In this document: one piece after another, positions 1 to 9,408 of the stretch
How the letters are laid out: each line of letters opens with the position of its first letter
How positions within the stretch are numbered: the stretch's first letter is position 1
Virus record (IMG/VR): IMGVR_UViG_3300017903_003401
Coordinates: 1-62,428 of that record
Reading direction: 5' to 3' (one strand)
Length of the DNA stretch: 62,428 nucleotides
Source of the DNA: a virus
Taxonomy: Duplodnaviria > Caudoviricetes
Program-made: the position numbers and the translations under genes
Notes under the pieces: model-generated
The model's input: the letters and a program-made list of their open reading frames with translations, nothing else
Databases searched by the model: none
Told to the model about the DNA's origin: nothing

Positions 1-1
1 C

Positions 2-402
2 GGTGACTCTACAACTCAGGCAGCAACAGAGTTTGCATTGAATGAGGTAAGAAAACTTATTAATACTGGAGGTGTTGATTTCCCTGATGCATCATTAACT
101 CAAAAGGGTATTGTTCGATTAAGTAACTCAACTAACACTGATAGTAACACTTTAGCAGCAACACCTACTGCTATTAACAATCTAAGAAAGATTGCCGCTG
201 ATGCGGATAACCTTACTGCAGGAACAGTCAATAACGCAAGATTGAATTCTGCAACAGTTAATAATAAGGGTATTGTAAGGTTAAGTAACAGAATTAATGG
301 TGACTCTACAACTCAGGCAGCAACAGAGTTTGCATTGAATGAGGTAAGAAAACTTATTAATACTGGAGGTGTTGATTTCCCTGATGCATCATTAACTCAA
401 AA
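2..402 (+). repeat. 104-bp exact direct repeat (2-105 and 299-402) inside the fibre gene
   Basis: Identical sequence ggtgactctacaactcagg...cattaactcaaaa at a 297-nt offset; further near-identical blocks at about 883-964 and 1174-1255. Confidence 0.9.
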
Positions 403-2974
403 AGGTATTGTACAACTTAGTAATTCAACCAATACTGATGATAATACCAAAGCAGCTACACCCACTGCAATAAATTCTGTTAGAAAAATCGCTGCTGATG
501 CAGATAATCTAACTGAAGGAACAGTTTCTAGGGCTAGATTACCTCAGGGATCAACATCTAACAGTGGTATTGTAAAACTCAGTAGTGTCACTAATGGTGA
601 TAGTGTCACTCTTGCAGCATCAGAGAAAGCGATAAACAATGTAAGGAAAATTGCCGCTGATGCTGACAATCTGGCTACGGGTGAAGTTAATGTTGCAAGA
701 TTGCCCAAATCATCGACTACTACAAGAGGTATTGTACAACTTAGTAATCAAATTAACGGTACTGAAACAAATAAAGCTGCAACAGAGTTTGCATTGAATG
801 AGGTAAGAAAACTTATTGATAGTGGTGTTGTAGACCCAACTACTCTTCCTGAAGCGTCTCTCAATACTAAAGGTATTGTACAACTCAGTAATTCTACAAA
901 TAGTGATAGTATTACTCTGGCTGCAACACCTAAAGCAATTAATGAACTTAGAAAGATTGCCGCTGATGCGGATAACCTTACTACAGGAACAGTTGGTGTT
1001 GCAAGATTACCTAAGGCTGCAACAAATGCAAGAGGTATTGTACAACTTAGTAATTCAACAAATGGCGACTCTACAACCAAGGCTGCAACTGAATTTGCAT
1101 TAAGTCAAGTAAAAGACTTAATACCTAATATTGTCATAAATGATGCATCATTAACAGTGAAGGGTATTGTACGACTCAGTAATTCTACAAATAGTGATAG
1201 TATTACTCTGGCTGCAACACCTAAAGCAATTAATGAACTTAGAAAGATTGCCGCTAATGCTGACAACCTGAGTGCAGGTACCGTAAGTGTTGCAAGACTA
1301 CCTAAGGCAGGATTATCTGCAAGAGGTATTGTTCAAACAAGCAATAGTATTAATACTGATGATAATGATGTAGCAGCATCATCGACTGCAGTCAATTCAC
1401 TGAGAAAGGTTGCCGCTGATGCTGACAACCTGAGTACAGGAACAGTCAATAACGCAAGATTGAATTCTGCAACAGTTAATAATAAGGGTATTGTAAAGTT
1501 AAGTAATAGAACTAATGGTGACTCACAAACTCTGGCAGTAACAGAATTTGCATTAAGTCAAGTAAAAGACTTAATACCAATTGTTGATATTAAAAATGCA
1601 TCATTAACTCAACGAGGTATTGTACAACTTAGCAATTCAACTAATACAGACGATAATACCAAAGCAGCAACACCTACAGCAATCAACACTGTTAGGAAAC
1701 TGGCTACAGACGCCGACAATCTGACTTCGGGTGAAGTTAATGTTGCAAGATTACCTAAGGCTGCAACAAATGCAAGAGGTATTGTCCAATTAAGTAACTT
1801 AACTAACGGAACTTCTACTACTAAGGCTGTAACAGAGTTCGCATTAAGTCAAGTAAAAGATTCAATACCTAATATTGTCATAAATGATGCATCATTGACA
1901 GTTAAGGGTATCACCAAATTAAATAATGCAACAAATAGTACTAATCAAACCACTGCAGCGACACCTAAGGCAGTAAATGCCGTCAGATTAGAGTCTCAAA
2001 ATGCAAGTAATCTGAAGGAAGGAAAAGTCAAAATTGATTTGATACAAGATGCATCAACAGTAACTCAAGGTGTTGTAAAACTCAATAACTCAATCAACAG
2101 TGTTGCAACATTTGAAGCAGCAACACCTAAGGCAGTCAATGATGCAAGACTTGCAGCAAAAAATGCTGATAATCTCTCTTCTGGAACTGTTGGAAGAGGT
2201 TTGTTACCTTCTGCAACAACTGGTGCAAAAGGTGTGACTCAACACTATGCAACATTCCCTCCTACAAGCACCTCAAATAGTCTTGCAGCTACAGCAGGTT
2301 TAGTCAAAAAAGTTTATGACAGTGCACAAAAACAGATACCATCTGGTTCAATAATGTTATTTTATCAGGCTGGTGCACCTACTGGTTGGACAAAAATCAC
2401 TACTCAAAATAACAAAGCGATAAGAGTTGTCAGTGGCAGTGGTGGTGGAGGAGGAGGAAATAATACCTTTACTACAACATTTGGAAATAGAAGTGTACCT
2501 CTTCCAAGTCATACACACACTGCATCATCTGGAGATAATGATAAAAATCATAGACATGATGGTACAACAAAGAATAATGAAGGTTCACACTCACATAGTT
2601 TGTTGGACTTAGGACACACACACTTTATTGCGAATAGTGCTGGAGCAGTTTCTAGTCCAACTGATAAGGCCAAATTGAACACTACAACAGCCGCTGGTTC
2701 ACAGGGATTTGGTGGTAATAGTAATAATGAACAACTACGAGATTATGTATTAGAAAGATCTGCTAATGCATTTGCAAATGTTGGATTAACTTCAAAAGTA
2801 AAAACTGATATCACTGTTACAGTTAATAATTCTAATCATAAACATACATTCACCTCTGGTCTTAATAAATCAAATCATAAACATCCCATCACTGTTAACA
2901 CTGCAGGTACAGCATCTGCAGAAATTGATATGAGAGTACAATACATCAATGTAATTATTTGTAGGAAAAACTAA
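2..2974 (+). CDS. Tail fibre protein, 5'-truncated: many ASLTxKGIVxLSN...AATPxA repeats, collar-like domain and His-pair tip
   Basis: Frame is open from nt 2, so the ORF-track TTG start at 38 is internal. Phage tail-fibre repeats; IPSGSIMLFYQAGAPTGWTK collar-like motif; six HxH motifs near the C-terminus. Confidence 0.85.
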   Translation, partial: GDSTTQAATEFALNEVRKLINTGGVDFPDASLTQKGIVRLSNSTNTDSNTLAATPTAINNLRKIAADADNLTAGTVNNARLNSATVNNKGIVRLSNRINGDSTTQAATEFALNEVRKLINTGGVDFPDASLTQKGIVQLSNSTNTDDNTKAATPTAINSVRKIAADADNLTEGTVSRARLPQGSTSNSGIVKLSSVTNGDSVTLAASEKAINNVRKIAADADNLATGEVNVARLPKSSTTTRGIVQLSNQINGTETNKAATEFALNEVRKLIDSGVVDPTTLPEASLNTKGIVQLSNSTNSDSITLAATPKAINELRKIAADADNLTTGTVGVARLPKAATNARGIVQLSNSTNGDSTTKAATEFALSQVKDLIPNIVINDASLTVKGIVRLSNSTNSDSITLAATPKAINELRKIAANADNLSAGTVSVARLPKAGLSARGIVQTSNSINTDDNDVAASSTAVNSLRKVAADADNLSTGTVNNARLNSATVNNKGIVKLSNRTNGDSQTLAVTEFALSQVKDLIPIVDIKNASLTQRGIVQLSNSTNTDDNTKAATPTAINTVRKLATDADNLTSGEVNVARLPKAATNARGIVQLSNLTNGTSTTKAVTEFALSQVKDSIPNIVINDASLTVKGITKLNNATNSTNQTTAATPKAVNAVRLESQNASNLKEGKVKIDLIQDASTVTQGVVKLNNSINSVATFEAATPKAVNDARLAAKNADNLSSGTVGRGLLPSATTGAKGVTQHYATFPPTSTSNSLAATAGLVKKVYDSAQKQIPSGSIMLFYQAGAPTGWTKITTQNNKAIRVVSGSGGGGGGNNTFTTTFGNRSVPLPSHTHTASSGDNDKNHRHDGTTKNNEGSHSHSLLDLGHTHFIANSAGAVSSPTDKAKLNTTTAAGSQGFGGNSNNEQLRDYVLERSANAFANVGLTSKVKTDITVTVNNSNHKHTFTSGLNKSNHKHPITVNTAGTASAEIDMRVQYINVIICRKN

Positions 2975-3306
2975 TTATCTCCTGTGATAAGTAGAGGATT
3001 AATAGGACTTATTTGTGTTGTTGTTATACTTTGTTCTAATGATGAAAGGTAAAGTTGTTGATTAATTCTATTAGTCTCTACTACTTCATTTCTAAAATTT
3101 TCTACTGCAGCACCAGTTTGATTTGACTTCTGAGCGATTTCTACTGCCATCATTGGCATCCAGGAAACAGCACATTGCCATTCATCAATTTCCTGACCTG
3201 TGTTAGGATTAGTTCCTCTCACTTGAGTGTACCAAGCACATTTTTGTCCCACACATTTCTTCTTAATCAGTGGACAGAATTCTCCATCTTTCATAATACT
3301 TATCAC
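2971..3306 (-). CDS. Cys-rich hypothetical protein, probably fibre-associated (likely start ATG at 3294)
   Basis: Only convincing minus-strand gene; CPLIKKKC..KCAW...WQCA; has its own perfect late promoter at 3316-3323 on the minus strand. Confidence 0.75.
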   Translation of the reverse strand: MISIMKDGEFCPLIKKKCVGQKCAWYTQVRGTNPNTGQEIDEWQCAVSWMPMMAVEIAQKSNQTGAAVENFRNEVVETNRINQQLYLSSLEQSITTTQISPINPLLITGDN

Positions 3307-3315
3307 AACTCAAAA

Positions 3316-3323
3316 TATTTATA
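3316..3323 (-). promoter_or_regulatory. T4 late promoter TATAAATA (minus strand)
   Basis: Plus strand reads tatttata, just upstream of the minus-strand gene. Confidence 0.75.
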
Positions 3324-3327
3324 GACA

Positions 3328-3335
3328 CATAAATA
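3328..3335 (+). promoter_or_regulatory. T4-like late promoter CATAAATA
   Basis: ATAAATA core 25 nt upstream of the ATG at 3360. Confidence 0.65.
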
Positions 3336-3359
3336 AAAAGAAGACAATTATAGTTTATA

Positions 3360-6300
3360 ATGTCACTACTTAGAGCGGACAAATTAGCAAATCAAGAAAA
3401 TAATAGTGGTCCCATTATTGTAGGTCCCTCAACAGTAAGTGGTGATTTTATAATTACAAATCAGGCAACAATATTAGGGTTAGCAGTTACTAATAGTGTA
3501 AATGTTGGAGCAGCGGTAACTTCAAGACATCTTACTGCAACAAATACTGCAAATTTATTTCAAACAGTCCTTACTGGGGTAACTACTGCAGGTATAGTAA
3601 CCCAAGCAACTTATTATGGTGATGGAGTAAATTTATCTGGGGTTGTAACTTCAATAAAGGCCGGTAGCAATATTTCTGTCAACAATTCAACAGGAGAAGT
3701 TACCATTAGCGCCAGTGGAAATATGGTTGTAGATGATATTGAAGCAGATACATTAGTTGTATCTGGTATCACTACACTTGGTATTGTTACTGGTGCAACA
3801 TACTATGGTGATGGTTCTAATTTAACTGGAGTTGCAAATACATCAAATGTAAGAAGTAATACTGTGGTTGTTACTGGTGTTTCTACACTTGGTGTGGTTA
3901 CTGGTGCGACATACTATGGCGATGGTTCTAATTTAACTGGAGTTGCAAATACATCAAATGTAATAACTAACACTCTTGTAGTCAGTGGTGTTGCAACTTT
4001 CCAAAGTGATGTTTATATTGAAGGAGAATTGACTTATGAAGATGTAGATAATATTGACTCTGTTGGTATGATCACCGCAAGGTCTGGAATACAAATTCTA
4101 AGTGGTGGATTAGATGTTGTAGGTGTGACCACACTACAGACAGTTGAAGCAGGTTCTTATTTTGGAAATGGTGCAAATTTAACTGGAATAGTTACCACAA
4201 TTATTGCAGGTACTAATATTACTATTGATCCAGTTGGCGGAACTGGAGCAGTTACAATCAATAGTAATGCTGGAAACTTAAATGCAAACACTTTAGTTGT
4301 TTCTGGAGTTTCGACTTTAGGTGTTGTGACTGGTGTTACATCCATTGAGTCAACTGAATACTATGGTGATGGTTCAAATCTCACCGGAATCACCCATACT
4401 CAAGTTGGTGCTATGGGTAATTTGGCTGATGATACTACACCACAACTAGGTGGTAATCTTGATATCAATAACAAATATATCACTGGAACTGGTGGTGTAG
4501 ACATTACTGGTGTCATTACTGCAACATCATTTACAGGAAACTTAGTAGGTGATGTAACAGGAGACCTTACAGGTAATGCAACAACTGCAACTGATGCTAC
4601 TAATGCAACTAATATTGAGGTTGATTCAAATTCTAATTCAACATTTAGGAATGTTGTTTTTGTCAATGGAACTGATGGAAATCTAAAACCACAAATCAAT
4701 ACAAGTATTCAAGTACAACCATCAACAGGTATTCTTACTGCAACAAAGATAAGTGGTGATGGTTCTTTATTGACCGGAATCACCCATACTCAAGTTGGTG
4801 CTATAGGTGATTTGGTCGATGACACGACACCACAACTGGGTGGTAATTTGGATGTCAATGGAAATGACATTACTGGAACTGGAGATATAAACCTAACTGG
4901 TACTATTACTGCAACATCATTTAGTGGAGATGGTTCAACATTATCAGGAATTGTAACTCACATTATTGCCGGTAATAATATCACATTAAGTCCAGGAAGT
5001 GGGGTAGGAGAAGTAACTATCAATAGTAGTGGTGGATCTGGTCCTGGAAACAACTTAAATGCAAATACACTTGTTGTATCTGGTTTCTCTACACTTGGAG
5101 GAGCATCTTTCTCCAGTGGTGTAAATGTTACAGGTATTGTAACAGCATCATCGTTTGTTGGTGATATATCTGGTACAGCTACTAATTGTTCTAGGTCAGT
5201 AGTAGCTGGTGATGGTTTAACTGGTGGAGGATCATTAACCGCAAATAGAACATTAAATGTTGGAGCTGGTGATGGTATAACAGTCGGTGAAGATGCGGTG
5301 GCCGTTGACTCTACGGTAGTCAGAACAACTGGTGCTCAAACTATTAGTGGTACAAAAACCTTTAGTAATACTATATCTGGTAGTATTGATGGTAATGCAA
5401 ACACAGCAAATTCTGCTACAAGTGCAACTACTGCTACTAATTGTACAAGATCAATAGGTGCAGGAAATGGTCTTACTGGTGGTGGTTCATTAAATGCAAA
5501 TAGAACATTAAATGTTGTTGGTGGTGATGGTATTACTGCTAATGCAAATGATATTGAGGTTGATAACACTGTAGTTAGAACCACTGGTAACCAGTCTATA
5601 GGTGGTACAAAGACATTTACTTCAACAATATCTGGTGATATTAATGGAAATGCAAATACTGCAACCACTGCTACAAGTGCAGGTACTGCTACTAATTGTT
5701 CAAGATCAGTCGTTGCAGGTAATGGTTTAACTGGTGGTGGTTCATTAACTGCAAACAGAATATTAGATGTTGTTGGTGGATCTGGCATAAGTGTAACAGG
5801 AGATGCAGTTGCCGTTAACTCTACGGTAGTTAGAACTTCAGGTAATCAAACTATTGGTGGCACAAAGACATTTACAAGTCCAATAAAATTAAATGATGGG
5901 GTTGAATTAATTTTTGGAACAGGAAGTGATTCTCATTTACAATTCAGCGGATCAAATACTATCTTAGATCTTGTTGCAGGTAATTATCTCATTAGAGATA
6001 TTTCAGGTAGTGCAGTGACAAGACATACATTTTTTAGAAATGGTAATTATACAGCTACGGGTACTGTTACTGCAAATGCGTTCAGTGGAGATGGTTCATC
6101 AATAACAAATATCACTGCGACTAATGCCACTAATTGTTCAAGATCAGTCGTTGCAGGTAATGGTCTTACTGGTGGTGGAGTATTAAATGCAAATAGAACA
6201 TTAAATGTTGTTGGTGGTGATGGTATTACTGCTAATGCAAATGATATTGAAGTTGATAACACTGTAGTTAGAACTTCAGGTGCTCAAACTATTGGTGGTA

Positions 6301-7781
6301 CAAAAACTTTCTCTAATAATATTGTTGGTACTTTATCTGGTACTGCTACTAATGCCAATAATATTAATGTTTCCCCCAATTCAAGTACCAATTCAAGATA
6401 TTTAATTTTTACTAATGGTACAAGTGGCAATTTAGGTGCTCAAGCTATTTCAACTATTTTAGTAAATCCATCTGCAGGTAGAATACAAGCCACAATTTTC
6501 CAAGGAAGTGGTGCCAATTTAACTAACCTGAATGCATCCCAATTATCAAGTGGTACTGTTCCTTCTGCAAGACTTTCAAATGTTAATGCAACAACATTAA
6601 CAGTTACTGGAACTAATAGTAATGTTAATTACAGGGTAATGCTCACAGATGGAACTGGAAATAAGAGCGCTTTCAGTGATGGTGGACTTCTTTACAATGC
6701 AAGTACAAATGTTATAACTGCATCTGGTGGTTTTTCTGGAGATGGTTCAGCTCTGACTAGTCTCAATGCAACAGCAATTTCAGATGGTGTAATTGATAAT
6801 CTTTACTTACCGGGAACTATTTTCAGTGACATCACCGGCACTGCAACAAATGCAACTAATGTAAATCTTAGATCAAGAAATACCAATAATGCAACACATT
6901 ATGTAACATTTGGAACTGGCACAAGTGGAAATCAAAGAATAAACACAGATAGTAATTTAACTTATAATCCATTTACCAATACATTGACTGTTGCAAATCT
7001 TACTGGGGTTGCATCTGGACTCAAAGCTAATGGAAATGGAGCCAACAGTAGTTTTCCAATTGTTGTTGTTAACGGTACAACTCCCCTGACTAGTTCTGGT
7101 GGTGCCACCATTAACGTAGGAACTGGTAAAATCACTGCAGTTAAGTTCCAAGGTGATGGTTCTTCACTAACCAGTCTTCCTGCAGGACAACTCACAGGAA
7201 CTATTGCTGATGCACGACTTCCTAATAGTATCAGTAGTGACATCACTGGTAATGCTGCAACATCAACACAAGTTCAATGTAATTTGAGTACAGACCAATC
7301 TGTTAATGTTCTCTTTGCAAATAATGCAACTTCTGGTAAAAAAAGTCCAATATTTAGCTCATTGATTACTGGAAATCTGAACAGTGGTCGTATTAATGTG
7401 GCGCAATTTAAAGTTTCTGATCTTGCAGGAAGTGGAAATCGTGCCGTTTATTCAAACCAGAATGGAATTCTGACCAATTCGTCATCTGATGAGACATTGA
7501 AGACGAATGTGACCTCTATGTCCACACAATATAATATTGTGAAGCAACTTAACCCTGTTACATATAATTGGATTGATACTGAAAATTTAGGAACACAGCA
7601 AGAAATCGGTTTTATTGCTCAACAAATGCAAACACATGTACCACAAGTTATCGGTACAAATAATGATGATACATTAACGATTGACTATCCAAAACTTACA
7701 GCAGTTCTTACTAAAGCATTACAAGAAGCAATTACAAAAATTGAAAATCTTGAGGCAAGACTTGATGCAGCTAGTTTATAA
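3360..7781 (+). CDS. Long tail fibre with C-terminal intramolecular chaperone (peptidase S74-like) domain
   Basis: Gly/Thr-rich repeats (GDGSNLTG, DTTPQLGGNLD, four ATNCSRSVVAG...GTKTF units); C-terminal SDETLK...LNPVTYNW...GFIAQ...IDYPKL followed by a coiled coil. Confidence 0.85.
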   Translation: MSLLRADKLANQENNSGPIIVGPSTVSGDFIITNQATILGLAVTNSVNVGAAVTSRHLTATNTANLFQTVLTGVTTAGIVTQATYYGDGVNLSGVVTSIKAGSNISVNNSTGEVTISASGNMVVDDIEADTLVVSGITTLGIVTGATYYGDGSNLTGVANTSNVRSNTVVVTGVSTLGVVTGATYYGDGSNLTGVANTSNVITNTLVVSGVATFQSDVYIEGELTYEDVDNIDSVGMITARSGIQILSGGLDVVGVTTLQTVEAGSYFGNGANLTGIVTTIIAGTNITIDPVGGTGAVTINSNAGNLNANTLVVSGVSTLGVVTGVTSIESTEYYGDGSNLTGITHTQVGAMGNLADDTTPQLGGNLDINNKYITGTGGVDITGVITATSFTGNLVGDVTGDLTGNATTATDATNATNIEVDSNSNSTFRNVVFVNGTDGNLKPQINTSIQVQPSTGILTATKISGDGSLLTGITHTQVGAIGDLVDDTTPQLGGNLDVNGNDITGTGDINLTGTITATSFSGDGSTLSGIVTHIIAGNNITLSPGSGVGEVTINSSGGSGPGNNLNANTLVVSGFSTLGGASFSSGVNVTGIVTASSFVGDISGTATNCSRSVVAGDGLTGGGSLTANRTLNVGAGDGITVGEDAVAVDSTVVRTTGAQTISGTKTFSNTISGSIDGNANTANSATSATTATNCTRSIGAGNGLTGGGSLNANRTLNVVGGDGITANANDIEVDNTVVRTTGNQSIGGTKTFTSTISGDINGNANTATTATSAGTATNCSRSVVAGNGLTGGGSLTANRILDVVGGSGISVTGDAVAVNSTVVRTSGNQTIGGTKTFTSPIKLNDGVELIFGTGSDSHLQFSGSNTILDLVAGNYLIRDISGSAVTRHTFFRNGNYTATGTVTANAFSGDGSSITNITATNATNCSRSVVAGNGLTGGGVLNANRTLNVVGGDGITANANDIEVDNTVVRTSGAQTIGGTKTFSNNIVGTLSGTATNANNINVSPNSSTNSRYLIFTNGTSGNLGAQAISTILVNPSAGRIQATIFQGSGANLTNLNASQLSSGTVPSARLSNVNATTLTVTGTNSNVNYRVMLTDGTGNKSAFSDGGLLYNASTNVITASGGFSGDGSALTSLNATAISDGVIDNLYLPGTIFSDITGTATNATNVNLRSRNTNNATHYVTFGTGTSGNQRINTDSNLTYNPFTNTLTVANLTGVASGLKANGNGANSSFPIVVVNGTTPLTSSGGATINVGTGKITAVKFQGDGSSLTSLPAGQLTGTIADARLPNSISSDITGNAATSTQVQCNLSTDQSVNVLFANNATSGKKSPIFSSLITGNLNSGRINVAQFKVSDLAGSGNRAVYSNQNGILTNSSSDETLKTNVTSMSTQYNIVKQLNPVTYNWIDTENLGTQQEIGFIAQQMQTHVPQVIGTNNDDTLTIDYPKLTAVLTKALQEAITKIENLEARLDAASL

Positions 7782-7807
7782 GGCCAGTTAATAAGGTGTC
7801 CACTCAG

Positions 7808-7833
7808 CCCTTCGGATTCGTCCGAGGGGTTTT
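7808..7833 (+). terminator. Rho-independent terminator after the fibre gene
   Basis: Stem CCCTTCGGA / TCCGAGGGG, TTCG tetraloop, followed by TTTT. Confidence 0.8.
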
Positions 7834-7859
7834 ATAGTATGTTCAGTTACTCAAAGGAG

Positions 7860-7970
7860 ATGACCACCTCACATAAAGTAATCTTCATCGCATCATTTGT
7901 ATGGATGTTGCAATGGGGAACTAAAGTCACTTCACTTATTATCAATGCACTCTATCAGTATCTACCCTGA
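7860..7970 (+). CDS. Small hydrophobic protein (36 aa, MTTSHKVIFIASFVWMLQWG...), not in the ORF track
   Basis: Read manually; AAGGAG immediately upstream, TATAGT -10-like hexamer at 7833. Confidence 0.55.
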   Translation: MTTSHKVIFIASFVWMLQWGTKVTSLIINALYQYLP

Positions 7971-8280
7971 ACCCCCTCAATCGTCCTGTAGGACACTTAT
8001 AGAGTGGTTCATGAAGGAATACCTATCTGACTATAGTTTACACGTCTGTGTGGTCTACATGGACTTATCTGACGAAGGTGTATGTGGATGGTGTATGAGG
8101 GATGATGACAATGAGTTCATGCTTCAGATTGATCACAATCTATCTGGTGAAGAGCATGATAGAACTGTCCTCCATGAAATGTATCATGTCTTTCAATATA
8201 TGAACAACATTCCAAGATGTGAAATGTGTGCATATCTGTCAGAATCATTGTCACTTGACAAGATCAGTAAGACCCTATAG
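7945..8280 (+). CDS. Putative zinc metallopeptidase-like protein (HEMYH)
   Basis: HExxH motif TVLHEMYHVFQ; ATG at 7945 preferred over the TTG at 7897. Confidence 0.6.
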   Translation: MHSISIYPEPPQSSCRTLIEWFMKEYLSDYSLHVCVVYMDLSDEGVCGWCMRDDDNEFMLQIDHNLSGEEHDRTVLHEMYHVFQYMNNIPRCEMCAYLSESLSLDKISKTL

Positions 8281-8283
8281 ACT
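8255..8283 (+). promoter_or_regulatory. sigma70-like early promoter
   Basis: TTGACA-17 nt-TAGACT. Confidence 0.65.
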
Positions 8284-8334
8284 GGGCTTGTCCCGGAAGA
8301 TAGGAACAGTTTAAGTACCTTAAAGACCCCAATT

Positions 8335-8529
8335 ATGAAAACAAAGTTCATCTGTGTTTCTCCTCTCAACTCAAAGTCCAAGAACCGATTTTGTAATCTT
8401 ATGAATGAATTACATTCATGTAAGGTAGAACAAGAGACATCAGATAAGATGTTCTTGAGTTCAATTAGTGGACGGTATCACTTCTGGATGAGTAAAGAAT
8501 CTGATCCGAATTGGAAGATTGTAAAGTAG
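8335..8529 (+). CDS. Hypothetical protein
   Basis: ATG ORF downstream of the promoter, in a co-oriented gene cluster. Confidence 0.7.
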   Translation: MKTKFICVSPLNSKSKNRFCNLMNELHSCKVEQETSDKMFLSSISGRYHFWMSKESDPNWKIVK

Positions 8530-8585
8530 ATTTACATTTATGTTGAAATTCTCATATTTTTATATAAAATATAGATACTTAACAA

Positions 8586-8813
8586 ATGTTAAACATGACT
8601 CTGCCATCTGAAGGACAAAAGCTTACAGACCAAGAGATTCAATCGATGAATAGTGCAGTTGAGGAGGCTGGTATTCAAGCGATTCACCCCGACAAAATGG
8701 AAGCATTTGCACACCACCTTGTCAATCAACTCAATGAAAGACACACAAACACTACTAAAAAATCTTGCGACTGCACATGCGCAAGTGGAAAATCTAATTG
8801 TAATGACCAGTGA
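8586..8813 (+). CDS. Hypothetical protein
   Basis: ATG ORF; overlaps the next ORF. Confidence 0.55.
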   Translation: MLNMTLPSEGQKLTDQEIQSMNSAVEEAGIQAIHPDKMEAFAHHLVNQLNERHTNTTKKSCDCTCASGKSNCNDQ

Positions 8814-8898
8814 ATTTGAATACTCAAGTTATTTGGAAGGTAAACTTCTTGGTGTCAAATATGAATTAGAAAGACAAATTAAAGTTCTAACCATTTGA
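8734..8898 (+). CDS. Hypothetical protein (MKDTQTLLKNL...)
   Basis: Internal ATG of ORF 8653-8898; helical sequence. Confidence 0.6.
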   Translation: MKDTQTLLKNLATAHAQVENLIVMTSEFEYSSYLEGKLLGVKYELERQIKVLTI

Positions 8899-8923
8899 CA
8901 ATCTCATATAATTAGTTTATACT
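8895..8923 (+). promoter_or_regulatory. sigma70-like early promoter
   Basis: TTGACA-17 nt-TATACT; AGGAG RBS before the ATG at 8946. Confidence 0.75.
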
Positions 8924-8945
8924 TTTACAGTCATTTTAGGAGTCA

Positions 8946-9176
8946 ATGAAGTACCTTTTTATTGTTGATCATTATGTTCCATTTCCTCAATCAGAATATG
9001 GTGGAGTATGGAATGTAGTTGCAGAAGATGAAGAAGAATGTTTTGATCTTATTACAGAATATGATGATAATTATCCAGAATACAATGGTAAATTGAGAGA
9101 AAATATTCAAAAATCCCCTAAATACTCGTTATTAGATGAACTTCCATCTAAAGTTGTATCTTCATTTCTAACATAA
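8946..9176 (+). CDS. Hypothetical protein
   Basis: RBS and promoter upstream. Confidence 0.75.
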   Translation: MKYLFIVDHYVPFPQSEYGGVWNVVAEDEEECFDLITEYDDNYPEYNGKLRENIQKSPKYSLLDELPSKVVSSFLT

Positions 9177-9177
9177 T

Positions 9178-9408
9178 ATGTCTGAACCACTTCAAAGAGA
9201 TGTCAATGATCCTCTCTATGATCCAAATGATAAGTATAATGCTTATAAGGTAGATTTTCATGCGAATGAACCTCATGCAGAGGACGAATGGGACTCAGAA
9301 CATGATGGTAAGATCGCAGATTGGCACAACAGACATCAAGATAAAGTCTTAGATAAGTTCTGTGATGACCATCCAGGAGCCCCTCAATGTAAAGTATTCG
9401 ATGACTGA
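9178..9408 (+). CDS. cp12: CP12-domain protein (C-terminal Cys pair)
   Basis: Ends LDKFCDDHPGAPQCKVFDD, matching the CP12 C-terminal C-x8-C...DD signature; acidic, His-rich. Confidence 0.65.
   Translation: MSEPLQRDVNDPLYDPNDKYNAYKVDFHANEPHAEDEWDSEHDGKIADWHNRHQDKVLDKFCDDHPGAPQCKVFDD

Noticed and set aside
748-7246. Short antisense or alternate-frame ORFs inside the fibre genes (and likewise inside g6, g7, g8, g14, g15 and the last fibre)
   Set aside because: Fully nested in long, well-supported CDSs; explained by the repetitive codon pattern; no promoter or RBS support.
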